DNA of 64,000 bases from Candidatus Latescibacterota bacterium (lineage in GTDB: Bacteria; Latescibacterota; UBA2968; UBA8231), in assembly GCA_965248265.1 (NCBI GenBank), contig CBDFJF010000002.1, positions 3,395,052 to 3,459,051 on the forward strand, in the 5' to 3' direction. This document shows positions 19,918 through 29,628 of the stretch, piece after piece; position 1 is the first letter of the stretch, and every line of letters starts with the position of its first letter. The position numbers and the translations under genes were made by a program. The notes under the pieces are model-generated. The model saw only the letters and a program-made list of their open reading frames with translations. It did no database searches and was not told where the DNA came from.

Positions 19918-20466
19918 TCAACTTCCAGCGGTGGCTTGCACTGCTTTATGGATTTTCGCCATCTCGCCGTTGAGCCCGACGATGACCTCATTGGCCTCTT
20001 GGTATTTATTCTGGGCATCGTCGTAATGATGGCGAAAATCGCCCCCGTCCTGCTCAAGTTCCCAGCCGTCGATGGTGGCCTCGTAGGCCGCAAGGCGCAA
20101 GGAGATGAGTTTCTTGATGTCTCGGTGAAAGGGAGCCAGCAGCGACGGCGGCTCGAGGGCTTCGAGTTCTGCCAGGAGCTGGTTCAACAGTTCCCGAGCG
20201 TCGCTGGCCGCAGGCGCCAGATTCTCCCCGGTACCCTTGCCCGAGGATCCCAGGACCTTGTCAACTGTCGCCTGAATGGTCCCAATCCTGTGGATGAACG
20301 GGTCTATGTTGCTCAGGTATCGGTTGATCTCTTCGGTCGATCCATACGCCGTTTCGGGTTTATGATCAGCCTGTGATTGTGACTCATCTGCGTCATCACT
20401 GCAGGTGGTGAAGATGATTGTTGCCAGCAGGCTTGTCGCGATAAGGATTGCTCTTCGAAGTGCCAT
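19918..20466 (-). CDS. hypothetical lipoprotein
   Basis: Signal peptide with lipobox FTTCS in a 182-aa ORF. Confidence 0.5.
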   Translation of the reverse strand: MALRRAILIATSLLATIIFTTCSDDADESQSQADHKPETAYGSTEEINRYLSNIDPFIHRIGTIQATVDKVLGSSGKGTGENLAPAASDARELLNQLLAELEALEPPSLLAPFHRDIKKLISLRLAAYEATIDGWELEQDGGDFRHHYDDAQNKYQEANEVIVGLNGEMAKIHKAVQATAGS

Positions 20467-20625
20467 CTTGTTCAGTCCCTCACTGGTGTATGGGAAGTGC
20501 TCAAAGACTGCCGTTGAACCGTTGGCAAATCAGAAATGCCGGTGGGGCAATGGGTCCACGAATAGGGAATTGGTCGCTGCAGATGACCGATTTTTCTCGG
20601 ACCGGGATGGTCCGAGGGGATCTGA

Positions 20626-21282
20626 CTACTTACTTGAGGGAGGCGCTACGATGTTTTCCCCATCGTAAACCAGATTGCCTTCGACATCGAGGATCTTGCC
20701 GTCGGAAGTGAACTCGTATTTCATCGATTGCCCCAACGTCAGGTGGCGTTGTACCTCCTCGAGGTCGCCGTACTTCTCTATCAGCTTTTCTATCGGTCCC
20801 TCGAACGAAGTGGCTCGCCATTTGGGCCGGTTCTTATCGCGCTCGGTGCGCTCTTCCGTTGTCATGATCGGAAGACGTTCGGCTGCGGGCGAGAACTTGC
20901 CGCCCATAGCCTGCCGCCGCCGGTACTGTTCGTGCCGCTTTTCAGATTCGGTCAGCATTTCCTCGGGAACACTGCTGAGTCCGTCCCCGTCCTTGGGCCT
21001 CTCATCGGCCTGCATGCGCGCTCGAGCCTCTTCTGCCTCACGTTCCAGCCGACTCTCGCGTTCCTCATCGAGACTGAAGTCCGTGCCAATCTTTCTCAGA
21101 ACCGAGCGGGCCGAGCGATTCATCCGCTTGTCACTCCGTCTAATGGGTCGTGCCAGAACAACTATATCATACGTAATATAGTCTGCAGGACTCATTTGGC
21201 CAAGATTGACAGAGTGCGCACAGGCCCAAGTTACGGAGCTCCATCCTTCCAGCGCGCGCCGCGGTCTCGACGGCCTCGTCAT
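20626..21282 (-). CDS. hypothetical protein (charged, coiled-coil; start uncertain)
   Basis: Long ORF with good codon usage but no recognisable domain. Confidence 0.35.
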   Translation of the reverse strand: MTRPSRPRRALEGWSSVTWACAHSVNLGQMSPADYITYDIVVLARPIRRSDKRMNRSARSVLRKIGTDFSLDEERESRLEREAEEARARMQADERPKDGDGLSSVPEEMLTESEKRHEQYRRRQAMGGKFSPAAERLPIMTTEERTERDKNRPKWRATSFEGPIEKLIEKYGDLEEVQRHLTLGQSMKYEFTSDGKILDVEGNLVYDGENIVAPPSSK

Positions 21283-21538
21283 CGGCGCTGCAGGCGGGCG
21301 CGGTGGCAGAGAGTACCCGGTGTGGTTATCTTGGCTGCAGACACCATCTCCTCAACGACAAGTGAGGCAACCCGATGGATGAAGGTCAAGAAGAGTCCAA
21401 ATCCAGCCGAGAAACCGTCGAGGAACGCGTAGAGCGCATCCGCTTGCTACTCCAGGATCGAGGTGAGGATATGGCAAAATTGGTGCGCACGTGGTTACAC
21501 AAAGAAGACGAGTGATAGCGGTTAATCGGAGCGGGTGA

Positions 21539-22558
21539 ATGGGATTTCTTTCGCGGTTTTTATCCAACGACATAGGGATCGATCTCGGTACGGCCAACAC
21601 GTTGATCTACGTAAAAGGGGAAGGCATCGTCTTGAACGAGCCTTCCATCGTCGCCCGTCATATCATGACGAAAAAGACGATAGCGGTCGGCGCCGAAGCC
21701 AAGGAGATGATGGGCCGTGAGAACTCGGAGATCGAGACCATACGTCCCCTCAAGGATGGTGTAATCGCCGACTTCGAAGTGACTGAGGAGATGATCAGGC
21801 ACTTCATCCGAAAGGTTCAGCGCAACAAGCTATTCGTTCGCCCCCGGATTGTCGTCTCCGTGCCTTCGGGCAGCACGGAGGTCGAAAAGCGGGCGGTCAG
21901 AAACTCCTGCGAACGCGTCGGGGCTCGCGACGTTTTCCTCGTGAGCGAGCCGATGGCAGCTGCCATCGGTATCGGGCTCCCGGTTGAGCAGGCCGTCGGT
22001 TCCATGGTCATCGATGTGGGTGGTGGGACGACGGAGATTGCCGTCATAGCACTGTCGGGCGTTGTGGCTCCCGAATCGATTCGCGTGGCTGGGGACGAAA
22101 TGGACCGGGCCATCACGGAGTGGATGCGCAAGAAGTACAACCTCCTGATCGGTCCTCGCAACGCCGAACAACTGAAGTTTCAGATCGGTTCAGCCATGCC
22201 ACTCGATCCCGAAGAGGAGGCCCCGGTGCGGGGCAGGGATCTCGTCGCTGCGATTCCGAAGACCCTGATGGTCGACTCCCGTGAGATTAGAGAAGCCCTT
22301 AGCGAGCCGGTGGAGCAGATCGTCGCCGGCGTTCGCCGAGCCCTGGAGCGCACGCCGCCTGAGTTGGCCGCTGACATTCTGGATCGCGGCATGGTTCTCA
22401 GCGGTGGTGGTGGCAAACTTCGAGGTCTGCGCGAACGCTTGATAGAGGCTACTAGCCTTCCAACCTTTCTCGATACCGAGGATCCATTGTCCGCGGTTGT
22501 ACGCGGCAACGCCCGGGTCCTGGATGAGTTCGAGCGTTATCAGAAAGTCCTCTACTGA
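21539..22558 (+). CDS. mreB: rod shape-determining protein MreB
   Basis: Actin-fold motifs DLGTANTLIY...VIDVGGGTTE. Confidence 0.95.
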   Translation: MGFLSRFLSNDIGIDLGTANTLIYVKGEGIVLNEPSIVARHIMTKKTIAVGAEAKEMMGRENSEIETIRPLKDGVIADFEVTEEMIRHFIRKVQRNKLFVRPRIVVSVPSGSTEVEKRAVRNSCERVGARDVFLVSEPMAAAIGIGLPVEQAVGSMVIDVGGGTTEIAVIALSGVVAPESIRVAGDEMDRAITEWMRKKYNLLIGPRNAEQLKFQIGSAMPLDPEEEAPVRGRDLVAAIPKTLMVDSREIREALSEPVEQIVAGVRRALERTPPELAADILDRGMVLSGGGGKLRGLRERLIEATSLPTFLDTEDPLSAVVRGNARVLDEFERYQKVLY

Positions 22559-22649
22559 CGGGCACTACGCCTGGTTCCGCGACAGCATGAACTGTCATCA
22601 GACGCTTCTTCGCGTTCCCGATCGGCCGTTCTCGGTGTCATACTGAATC

Positions 22650-23423
22650 GTGTTACAACCCAGCCGACAGTACATCCTCTTCGCCATCGCGCTGGTGGCC
22701 TCGCTCACGCTCATGGGCCTTCCGGGAGCGAAAAAAGAGCTGGTCGCCGAATACTTGCGCTCCGGTCTTTGGTCGTCGGGTCAACTGCTGTTCTCCCGGG
22801 TGATCAGCCATGCCACGAACGCGGAGAAAACCCGCTTTTTACTCACCCAGAACGTCAAGCTCGCCCTCGAAAACATGCAGCTACGGGAGGCAGCGGAGGA
22901 AAACAAGCGACTGCGTGAGTTGTTGGTGTTCAAGCAACGCGAACAGTCCTGGGTGCCCGTACCTGCAGAGGTCATTGCGCGTGATCCCGATCAGCTGTAC
23001 GACACCATAACCATCGATGCCGGGATGGACCGGCAACTGCGCAAGGAGATGCCGGTCGTCACAGCGCAGGGCCTGGTTGGCCATCTGCTGGAGGTGGAGG
23101 AACACAGTTCGGTAGTCCGTCTCATCACCTCAACGGGTTCGGGGGTGAGCGCGGTTGTGCAGAATGGGAGGGCTCTGGGGATCGTGTACTGGGTGCCGGG
23201 TGGTCACTTCTTGTTGCGCTATGTGGATGCCAGCAGTCAAATCGCAGAGGGGGATCGTGTCGTTACCTCAGGCATGGGAGGTCGCTATCCCCGGGATATC
23301 ACGATCGGCTACGTCACAGAGATTAGGGAGCCCGAGAGAGACCCCCTCTTCAAGGAAGTATTCCTTGAATCGAAGGTTGATTTCCGGGACCTCGAAGAGG
23401 TTTTCGTGATCGGCTCCTCGTGA
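22650..23423 (+). CDS. mreC: rod shape-determining protein MreC
   Basis: N-terminal TM helix, coiled coil and beta-barrel domain (VVTSGMGGRYP). Follows mreB directly. No mreD follows. Confidence 0.8.
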   Translation: MLQPSRQYILFAIALVASLTLMGLPGAKKELVAEYLRSGLWSSGQLLFSRVISHATNAEKTRFLLTQNVKLALENMQLREAAEENKRLRELLVFKQREQSWVPVPAEVIARDPDQLYDTITIDAGMDRQLRKEMPVVTAQGLVGHLLEVEEHSSVVRLITSTGSGVSAVVQNGRALGIVYWVPGGHFLLRYVDASSQIAEGDRVVTSGMGGRYPRDITIGYVTEIREPERDPLFKEVFLESKVDFRDLEEVFVIGSS

Positions 23424-23647
23424 ATGACACCCGCCCAAACCCTTCCAGCCGCGTGATTTTTCGCCTGTTTAGCGGCTCCTGGGACGTACCCAGGCATCTT
23501 GACAATCGGAGCCCGGTTGGTTATTATCCGTAATTGATTTTCAGATTAGGGGCCATCCAAAAGTGCCTGGTAGGCAACGAGTTATGCTGCAGGCACTGGC
23601 CGCATGCCAACATTGGACTGCAGTTCTATATCAAGGGAGGACCGGCC

Positions 23648-23986
23648 TTGACAAAGGCTGATATCGTACGGCAGGTCGCACAGACAACCGGCTTGACAAA
23701 AACCGACACATCGGCAGTGGTCGATGGCTTCATCGCCTCTGTTATCGATGCGCTGCAGGATGGTGAGCATATCGAGATTCGCGGATTCGGCACGTTCAAA
23801 GCAGTCAGCCGGGCACCGCGTACAGGCCGCAATCCAAGGACAGGTTCGGAAGTCAAAATTTCGCGACGACGTGCCCCCGTGTTCAAACCTTCGAAAGAGT
23901 TGAGGGCGCGCGTCGAAGACAGCAATGGAGCCCCACCGACTGGAGCGAAAAAAGATGCCTTGTGGGAAGAAGAGAAAGCGGCATAA
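23648..23986 (+). CDS. HU/IHF-family DNA-binding protein with basic C-terminal tail
   Basis: SD AGGGAGG seven nt before TTG 23648. LTKADIVRQVAQ...GFGTFKAVSRAPRTGRNPRTG is the HU fold. Confidence 0.75.
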   Translation: MTKADIVRQVAQTTGLTKTDTSAVVDGFIASVIDALQDGEHIEIRGFGTFKAVSRAPRTGRNPRTGSEVKISRRRAPVFKPSKELRARVEDSNGAPPTGAKKDALWEEEKAA

Positions 23987-24050
23987 GATCAACACGCACA
24001 AACGCAAGAAGCGTTTGCGCAAAAATCGTCACAAGAAGCGTTCCATCTAA
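23955..24050 (+). CDS. possible 31-aa highly basic peptide (bS22-like?) overlapping the HU 3' end
   Basis: ATG 23955 to TAA 24050 encodes MPCGKKRKRHKINTHKRKKRLRKNRHKKRSI. Not supported by any tool. Confidence 0.25.
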   Translation: MPCGKKRKRHKINTHKRKKRLRKNRHKKRSI

Positions 24051-24109
24051 ATGCATGCACACCAACCCCCCCGTACGAGTTCGTGGGTGGGTTGGTGTAT
24101 GGTCGTTTT

Positions 24110-24186
24110 GAGCTATTAGCTCAGCTGGATAGAGCGCTAGCCTCCGGAGCTAGAGGTCACAGGTTCGAATCCTGTATAGCTCGCCA
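24110..24186 (+). tRNA. tRNA-Arg (anticodon CCG)
   Basis: Manual cloverleaf: acceptor GAGCTAT/ATAGCTC, anticodon loop CTCCGGA, T-loop TTCGAAT, 3' CCA. Confidence 0.9.
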
Positions 24187-24199
24187 TCTGTCGACAGGT

Positions 24200-24276
<77 letters not shown>

Positions 24277-24385
24277 TCGTTTAGTGAGATTGGGCTAGGA
24301 TTCGTCGACAAAGAGGATTCCTGGCCCATTCTTCGTTCACGTACACGTTCACGGACATGGTTGGTAGGCTGGAGGGTAGGTACGT

Positions 24386-24463
24386 CGGGGTGTAGCGCAG
24401 TCCGGTTAGCGCACCTGCTTCGGGAGCAGGGGGTCGGCGGTTCGAATCCGCCCACCCCGACCA
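24386..24463 (+). tRNA. tRNA-Pro (anticodon CGG)
   Basis: Acceptor CGGGGTG/CACCCCG, anticodon loop TTCGGGA, T-loop TTCGAAT, 3' CCA. Confidence 0.9.
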
Positions 24464-24553
24464 GCCAGCAATTAGAAGCAATCCAACTAACTCATTTCTC
24501 CTTTAGCTCCTCCGATTCCGCTACTCGCAGTTCCATCGTCTAGCAAGCCCACA

Positions 24554-25477
24554 ATGCGCCCCGTCGTTATCGCTGGACCCACTGCCGTTGGCAAGAGCAA
24601 GGTGGCTGTCAGTCTGGCCAGGGAATTGGGGGCTCAGATCATTTCTGTCGATTCTCGGCAGGTCTACCGATACATGGATATAGGCACTGCAAAGCCCGAT
24701 CGCGAAGATCTGGAGGCCGTCCCTCACCATCTGATCGATTTCATTGCGCCCGATGAACAGTACAGTGCGGGGACTTTTGGTCGCGACGCCGCAAGTATAG
24801 TGGCTCGTCTTGCCGGCAACGGAACTCGGGCTCTGCTCGTCGGTGGCTCAGGGTTGTATCTGTCTGCGTTTGTGGATGGGTTCTTTGACGCGGGTGAAGG
24901 AGATTTTGCCGCCGTCAGGAGGAACCTCCGAGAACGTCTGAAGCACGAGGGGCTGGAGGTCCTGTATCGCGAACTGGGCCAGCTCGATCCACACACTCAG
25001 CTCTCACTCGAAGCGAACGACGAGCAACGCATACTCCGAGCCCTTGAACTCGTGCCAGCGGGAGGGATGCAGCGATTGGCGAGGCACCAGGAACTGCACA
25101 CGACACAGTGTCCACCGCTGATGATCTGTTTGGGGATGGATCGACAGCAGCTCTATGACAGAATCGACGACCGAGTCAACGCCATGGTCGAGGCGGGCTG
25201 GGTTGCAGAAGTAAAGGGCCTTGTCGAGCGAGGGTTCGATGAAGGGGCCGTGGGGATGAATTCTCTTGGATATGGCGAGATTCTGTCGGTTTTGAGAGGA
25301 ACCAGCTCCCTGGATTTGGCGCTCGAGAGGATCAAGCGTCGCTCGAGGCAATACGCCAAGAGGCAGTTGACATGGTTCCGCAGGGATCGGCGCATGCGCT
25401 GGTTGGATATCGCTCAATTGGGCCATGATGGCGTCCTCGACCGGATCATGAGACAAACGACTACGGCGGACGCCTGA
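24554..25477 (+). CDS. miaA: tRNA dimethylallyltransferase
   Basis: P-loop AGPTAVGKS, DSRQVYR, and the typical length. Confidence 0.9.
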   Translation: MRPVVIAGPTAVGKSKVAVSLARELGAQIISVDSRQVYRYMDIGTAKPDREDLEAVPHHLIDFIAPDEQYSAGTFGRDAASIVARLAGNGTRALLVGGSGLYLSAFVDGFFDAGEGDFAAVRRNLRERLKHEGLEVLYRELGQLDPHTQLSLEANDEQRILRALELVPAGGMQRLARHQELHTTQCPPLMICLGMDRQQLYDRIDDRVNAMVEAGWVAEVKGLVERGFDEGAVGMNSLGYGEILSVLRGTSSLDLALERIKRRSRQYAKRQLTWFRRDRRMRWLDIAQLGHDGVLDRIMRQTTTADA

Positions 25478-25557
25478 GGGCGCGTTGTTCGCATTGACTC
25501 AACGGGTTAGCCCATTTATGTTAACGATCTTATTAGCTCTTTCAACGTCTTTTCGGA

Positions 25558-25596
25558 GCGGGAGTAGTTCAGGGGTAGAACGCAAGCTTCCCAAGC
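25558..25596 (+). pseudogene. 5' fragment of tRNA-Gly (anticodon CCC), truncated after the anticodon loop; candidate prophage junction
   Basis: GCGGGAG-TA-GTTC-AGGGGTA-GAAC-G-CAAGC-TTCCCAA matches acceptor, D-arm and anticodon arm. No 3' anticodon stem or T-arm follows. Confidence 0.6.
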
Positions 25597-25738
25597 CGCA
25601 CGTTTTGTCGCGCTAACTCTCTGAACCTCAGTAAGTTAACGCCACCCTGCCGGATCCCGCCTCCCAAATTGCTCCCGGAAATTTAATCTATAAAGGATTG
25701 TCCCACCTGTGGGACAAGTTTAAACAATTTGCGCTGTG

Positions 25739-25801
25739 TGCCCCACAAACGAGAACCAGCCGGTTTTTTCGTTGAAATTCGCCCCTCGCTGACGTATCTT
25801 G
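25739..25801 (+). promoter_or_regulatory. two direct copies of 12-mer TGCCCCACAAAC/TGCCCCACAAG (putative operator), near palindrome GTCCCACCTGTGGGAC (25700-25715)
   Basis: Exact repeat copies at 25739-25750 and 25791-25801. A third copy sits at 28562-28573 with an inverted partial copy at 28538-28550, upstream of the HTH regulator gene. Confidence 0.4.
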
Positions 25802-26153
25802 CCCCACAAGTTAGCTTGCAGCCATAGGTCTCGGGCTACCATAGCCCGTAGTCAATAAGCCCTAAGCCATTGTGTCACATGGGCTTGTCCGGTATCAACT
25901 GTGGGGCGTCCTCCAAATCCCTCCCTGCAGGAGGGGGTGCCGCATCTGGGACGCATGCAATTATGTAAAGATGTATGCGTCCATGTGCGCTAGTCATCTC
26001 CCCCACCAACACCACCAGCAACAACCGACACGCCACCAGGACAACGCCTATGCCGTTTACCCAGCCTCAAGCACTCTCATCGTCCTCGCATTGGTTGCGC
26101 ACCCAGGCATACCCACAACACCCATTGCCACTATTTTCAGATACTTGTTGTCC

Positions 26154-26176
26154 ATGACATATTGTCATCCTATATT
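26154..26176 (+). promoter_or_regulatory. palindromic operator ATGACATATTGTCAT plus -10-like TATATT, candidate rightward early promoter
   Basis: Perfect 6-nt arms in an AT-rich stretch about 70 nt upstream of the first early gene. Confidence 0.35.
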
Positions 26177-26235
26177 AAGTGACAGTCACGGGGCACACTG
26201 CCCCTGGCTACTCACTCACACTCGGAAGGTGAACC

Positions 26236-26400
26236 ATGGTAACCAAGCTCAAGATCAGTAGGCCCAAACAGGGAACCAGGCTCAAGAAGGTGGAATGTGA
26301 ATCATGCGGGTACACGGCACGCGTTACCAAGGTCTGGCTGGAGATGTTGGGACCGCCACTGTGCCCATGCAATCGCAAGGCAATGACGGTAGTCGATTAG
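26236..26400 (+). CDS. small zinc-ribbon protein (54 aa)
   Basis: SD GGAAGGTG then ATG. CESCGY...CPC cysteine pairs. Preceded by a hairpin-(CTCA)n leader. Confidence 0.5.
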   Translation: MVTKLKISRPKQGTRLKKVECESCGYTARVTKVWLEMLGPPLCPCNRKAMTVVD

Positions 26401-26473
26401 CAAGCGTTCGTTAACACCAGGGGCTTGGTGCCCCTGGTGCACTCACTCACTCACCAGAAGGAGCATCACAACC

Positions 26474-26716
26474 ATGACAACGCAAGCAAGGCAGCGACAA
26501 TTCGAGAAAGAATGGGCAGCCCGTCCCTGGCATTCTGTAGCGTGCCACACAGGCAGCGAAGCGGATGCGGCTCGCATTATAGCCCGTCAACGGGGGGTGT
26601 GCTTCCAGGCCGTGAATCTGGCTCACCAGGAGCACACCTTGATACTGGTTGACTGCCCGTCAACGGCACGTGTTGTACGTACCTGGATACGCAAGGAGCG
26701 CAAGCTGAACAGATAG
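26474..26716 (+). CDS. hypothetical phage protein
   Basis: SD AAGGAG then ATG. Same leader architecture. 80 aa. Confidence 0.5.
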   Translation: MTTQARQRQFEKEWAARPWHSVACHTGSEADAARIIARQRGVCFQAVNLAHQEHTLILVDCPSTARVVRTWIRKERKLNR

Positions 26717-26806
26717 GCAACACCAGGGGCGAGGGTGTTGACGTTTGGCACCCCCCCCTAAGTCCCCCCCCTCACTCACTCACTCACTCAAATCTGGAGG
26801 TCAGCA

Positions 26807-27316
26807 ATGAGCGCATACGTAGTAGAACGAGATCACATCCGCTATATGGTCGAGGCCGCTGTATCAGGCACGTACCACAGTGGCGGGTTACGCTGGGTCA
26901 CGGGGTCACGGGTCGAGGGCACGGCACAGTGCCACACTCTTGACCAGGGTGACCTGGAGCACGCTGCGCGGATCGGGCAAATGCTATGGGATGAAAACGT
27001 CAAGAGCGTTTGCTATAGGTACGATGAACCCGCCGACTCAACCGACTTGCCCGGCCCGGTAGGCGAAACCTATACCTACGAGGTGCACCCGCTCACCAGC
27101 AGCACGGTAGACCCGCTGGCCGTGTTCCAGGTGCTCAGTTGCTACGAGTACCAGACGTGCGAGCACCCTGGATGGAACGACAGCGAAGCCTATACAATCG
27201 TCCAGGCGATCAAAGACAAGATGATTCGGCGTATCAGCGATGATGCACCGGGTTGGGGCGACGTGCCCAAGCTGCAGCCGTTCACGGGCATATCGCTATC
27301 CTCACTCATCAGATAA
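26807..27316 (+). CDS. hypothetical phage protein
   Basis: SD GGAGG then ATG after a (CTCA)5 leader. 169 aa. Confidence 0.55.
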   Translation: MSAYVVERDHIRYMVEAAVSGTYHSGGLRWVTGSRVEGTAQCHTLDQGDLEHAARIGQMLWDENVKSVCYRYDEPADSTDLPGPVGETYTYEVHPLTSSTVDPLAVFQVLSCYEYQTCEHPGWNDSEAYTIVQAIKDKMIRRISDDAPGWGDVPKLQPFTGISLSSLIR

Positions 27317-27328
27317 CTGGAGGGAATC

Positions 27329-27565
27329 ATGGGAGTTCGTTCAAGCGCATGGACGGGCGAATCACTCCGTGCGTTTCGGGAATCATTCAAAAGCACGCGC
27401 AAGCCCAAGGGACGGGGGCGCTTTCGTCCTCACCTGTCGCGTGCTGAGTTCGCCAAGCGGCTGGAGATCACAGAGCGCACCCTGGCCCGTTGGGAAAACG
27501 GAGAAACCGCTATACCGGCAGTTGCTCAACAGCTGCTCACCGTGATGCGCTCGCGTCAACGGTAG
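27329..27565 (+). CDS. HTH XRE-like transcriptional regulator
   Basis: LSRAEFAKRLEITERTLARWENGET is a helix-turn-helix. SD GGAGGG. Confidence 0.6.
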   Translation: MGVRSSAWTGESLRAFRESFKSTRKPKGRGRFRPHLSRAEFAKRLEITERTLARWENGETAIPAVAQQLLTVMRSRQR

Positions 27566-28007
27566 CCCGTCGGCGCTTCCTCTTACCCGTGCCCGGTGTC
27601 GTCCGCAAGCTGGCGGCGCTGGGCACGATGGCTTTGCGCATAAACTTGCGTACCTGTCGCATCCGCTTCGGATTGCCCAGCAACTCAGCGAAACGCTCAG
27701 CATCCAGGCCCAACGCGTCATGCCAGACCGTCTGTGTGGTCAAGAAGGTCGCCGGATCTGGCTGAGTCACTATGGGCACCAGGCGATCGAGGCCGTTACC
27801 AGCTCGGCACTTAATCCCTACCCGCTTCCACTCTCCAGACAATACTCGTCCATTGCGCCGCCTCACCTGAGCAGAGGCTATACGTACCCGGTCCGCCGCC
27901 GCTGAGTGCCACACAAACCAATGTGAAATAGCCGTGTTCAGCACCCCGCAGGCCAATCGCCTATACCCTGCCATGTCGTCCAAATCCCTATACCCCCGTG
28001 TTTGCAT
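27537..28007 (-). CDS. hypothetical protein (start uncertain)
   Basis: 156-aa ORF divergent from the regulator at 28653. An inverted copy of the (CTCA)n-hairpin leader lies upstream at 28050-28110. Confidence 0.35.
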   Translation of the reverse strand: MQTRGYRDLDDMAGYRRLACGVLNTAISHWFVWHSAAADRVRIASAQVRRRNGRVLSGEWKRVGIKCRAGNGLDRLVPIVTQPDPATFLTTQTVWHDALGLDAERFAELLGNPKRMRQVRKFMRKAIVPSAASLRTTPGTGKRKRRRATVDASASR

Positions 28008-28652
28008 TTTAGTGTATATTCACCAGTAGGTCGGTGGGAGCACCGACCTACACCACCCTCCAGGTGGTGAGTGAGTGCCCCCGTTGACCCCTGGTTGACG
28101 GGGGTCTACTCATACCTACCACAAAGGGCGGCCCCCATTCAGGGAACCGCCCTCTTCGTTTTAGGAACCGCAGGCGCATGACTATATCGCGGGTGAGCCC
28201 TCCAATCGGCCCACGACACGCGTAGCGGTCAAGCCTGCGCTACAGGGCGCACGAACGCCCGCCCTTTGATATACCACCGGTCGGGTGGTGGCAACGCTCC
28301 CACGCTGCACCCTCTCGGGCTTCAGGACGGACAAAAGCTGCCCCATCCTCCAGGACGCTTACCGGCTGTACGCCACTCCTTTTACCATCGGTCGGGTAAC
28401 GTTTAAACGATACCACATTCCGCAAGAAAAGTCCACAACTTTCTGCGCCCCAGCAGCTTACTCAATTTCTGGTTCATAGCAATGCGCTATGCTATGCCAC
28501 TGTGCGCCATGAGTGGATTGTTGGTTCTGTGGTGGGGCAAAATCCAACTATTTTGCCTGTATGCCCCACAAACTAAAATCCGGTCATTTTTCGCTTGCGG
28601 CGGGGTGTTTAAATGGCTTTCTTGCTATTCACTGGAGGGTGGTTTAAACGGT

Positions 28653-29441
28653 ATGGCTAATGAGATACAGGTGGCTCGCGAGCTGCGCGAGTTGACTCAA
28701 CGGCAGCTTGCGGAGCGCACCCAAGTGTCGAAATCAGGTATTTCGCGACTCGAAGGTGGTGAGGTGGAGCGAGTCGCGGTGAAGGATGTACGGGCGGTGT
28801 GTGTTGAGCTGGATCTGGCGTTAGAGGCGGTCGTCCCCCACAACACGGACCACCAAAACGATGTGCGAGCGCAGCGCTGGATAGGCCTGATAGCCAACCA
28901 GCTACTGCGGCGCACCTCGTGGCGGCAGCTGCCCGAGGCGCTGAGTCAGTGCACGCAGGATATACATTTCTATAGGCCCGAGATATCGGGCATGTCCATG
29001 ATCCTGGTGGACCATAACCGGCCCAACCATACCCTGTTCTATGGCTGCCTGATCGAGGGGGCACAGCATACGATCAACCTGCACCCGAGTGTCGTGCGGG
29101 ATAAGCTGGACAGTCTTCCGCCTGACACCGGGTACGTAGAGCAGATTAGCGGTAGCCCCGAGTGGTGCGCTGCTTCGTGGCGGCCCTTATGGTGCACGCA
29201 CCACCACTCTGAGTATGGAATATTCACGCTGCACAACCGGGCGGACCCGGAACGCGTCGGGGAAGCAGTCGAAACAGCCAGGCGCTGCAAGCGCGTGCTG
29301 GAAAAAGCTATCGCCCTGATCTACGCACTCTCCGATTTGGAGCGAGACGCCAGCATCATCGATCACGAGCATCGGCTGCGGGCGTTGGAGTCGCAGTTGC
29401 GAAGGGCATTAGAGGAAGAGGCGTATGGTTTAAACGAGTAA
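28653..29441 (+). CDS. XRE/CI-like HTH regulator with C-terminal domain (candidate prophage repressor)
   Basis: LTQRQLAERTQVSKSGISRLEGGE is the N-terminal HTH. 262 aa. Operator-like repeats lie upstream. Confidence 0.65.
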   Translation: MANEIQVARELRELTQRQLAERTQVSKSGISRLEGGEVERVAVKDVRAVCVELDLALEAVVPHNTDHQNDVRAQRWIGLIANQLLRRTSWRQLPEALSQCTQDIHFYRPEISGMSMILVDHNRPNHTLFYGCLIEGAQHTINLHPSVVRDKLDSLPPDTGYVEQISGSPEWCAASWRPLWCTHHHSEYGIFTLHNRADPERVGEAVETARRCKRVLEKAIALIYALSDLERDASIIDHEHRLRALESQLRRALEEEAYGLNE

Positions 29442-29628
29442 CGCCCCGCTGGGATTGAGGCCCAGCAGAGCGTTACAATGAGGCCCCAAATTAGCGTCAC
29501 TGATTTCACCCGACCAAAGGTAATAGGAGTTAGCCGTTTTGAGGTTAGCACAAATAAAAACACTCCAAGGGCATAGCGCAAGCAAAAAAGCGCATCCTGG
29601 CACAATCTCACACAAGGCGGGCGTTTAA

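Noticed and set aside
25872-26261. 129-aa ORF across the left phage control region
   Set aside because: Low-complexity His/Gln/Pro-rich translation of an AT-richer promoter region containing operator palindromes. No SD. Judged non-coding.
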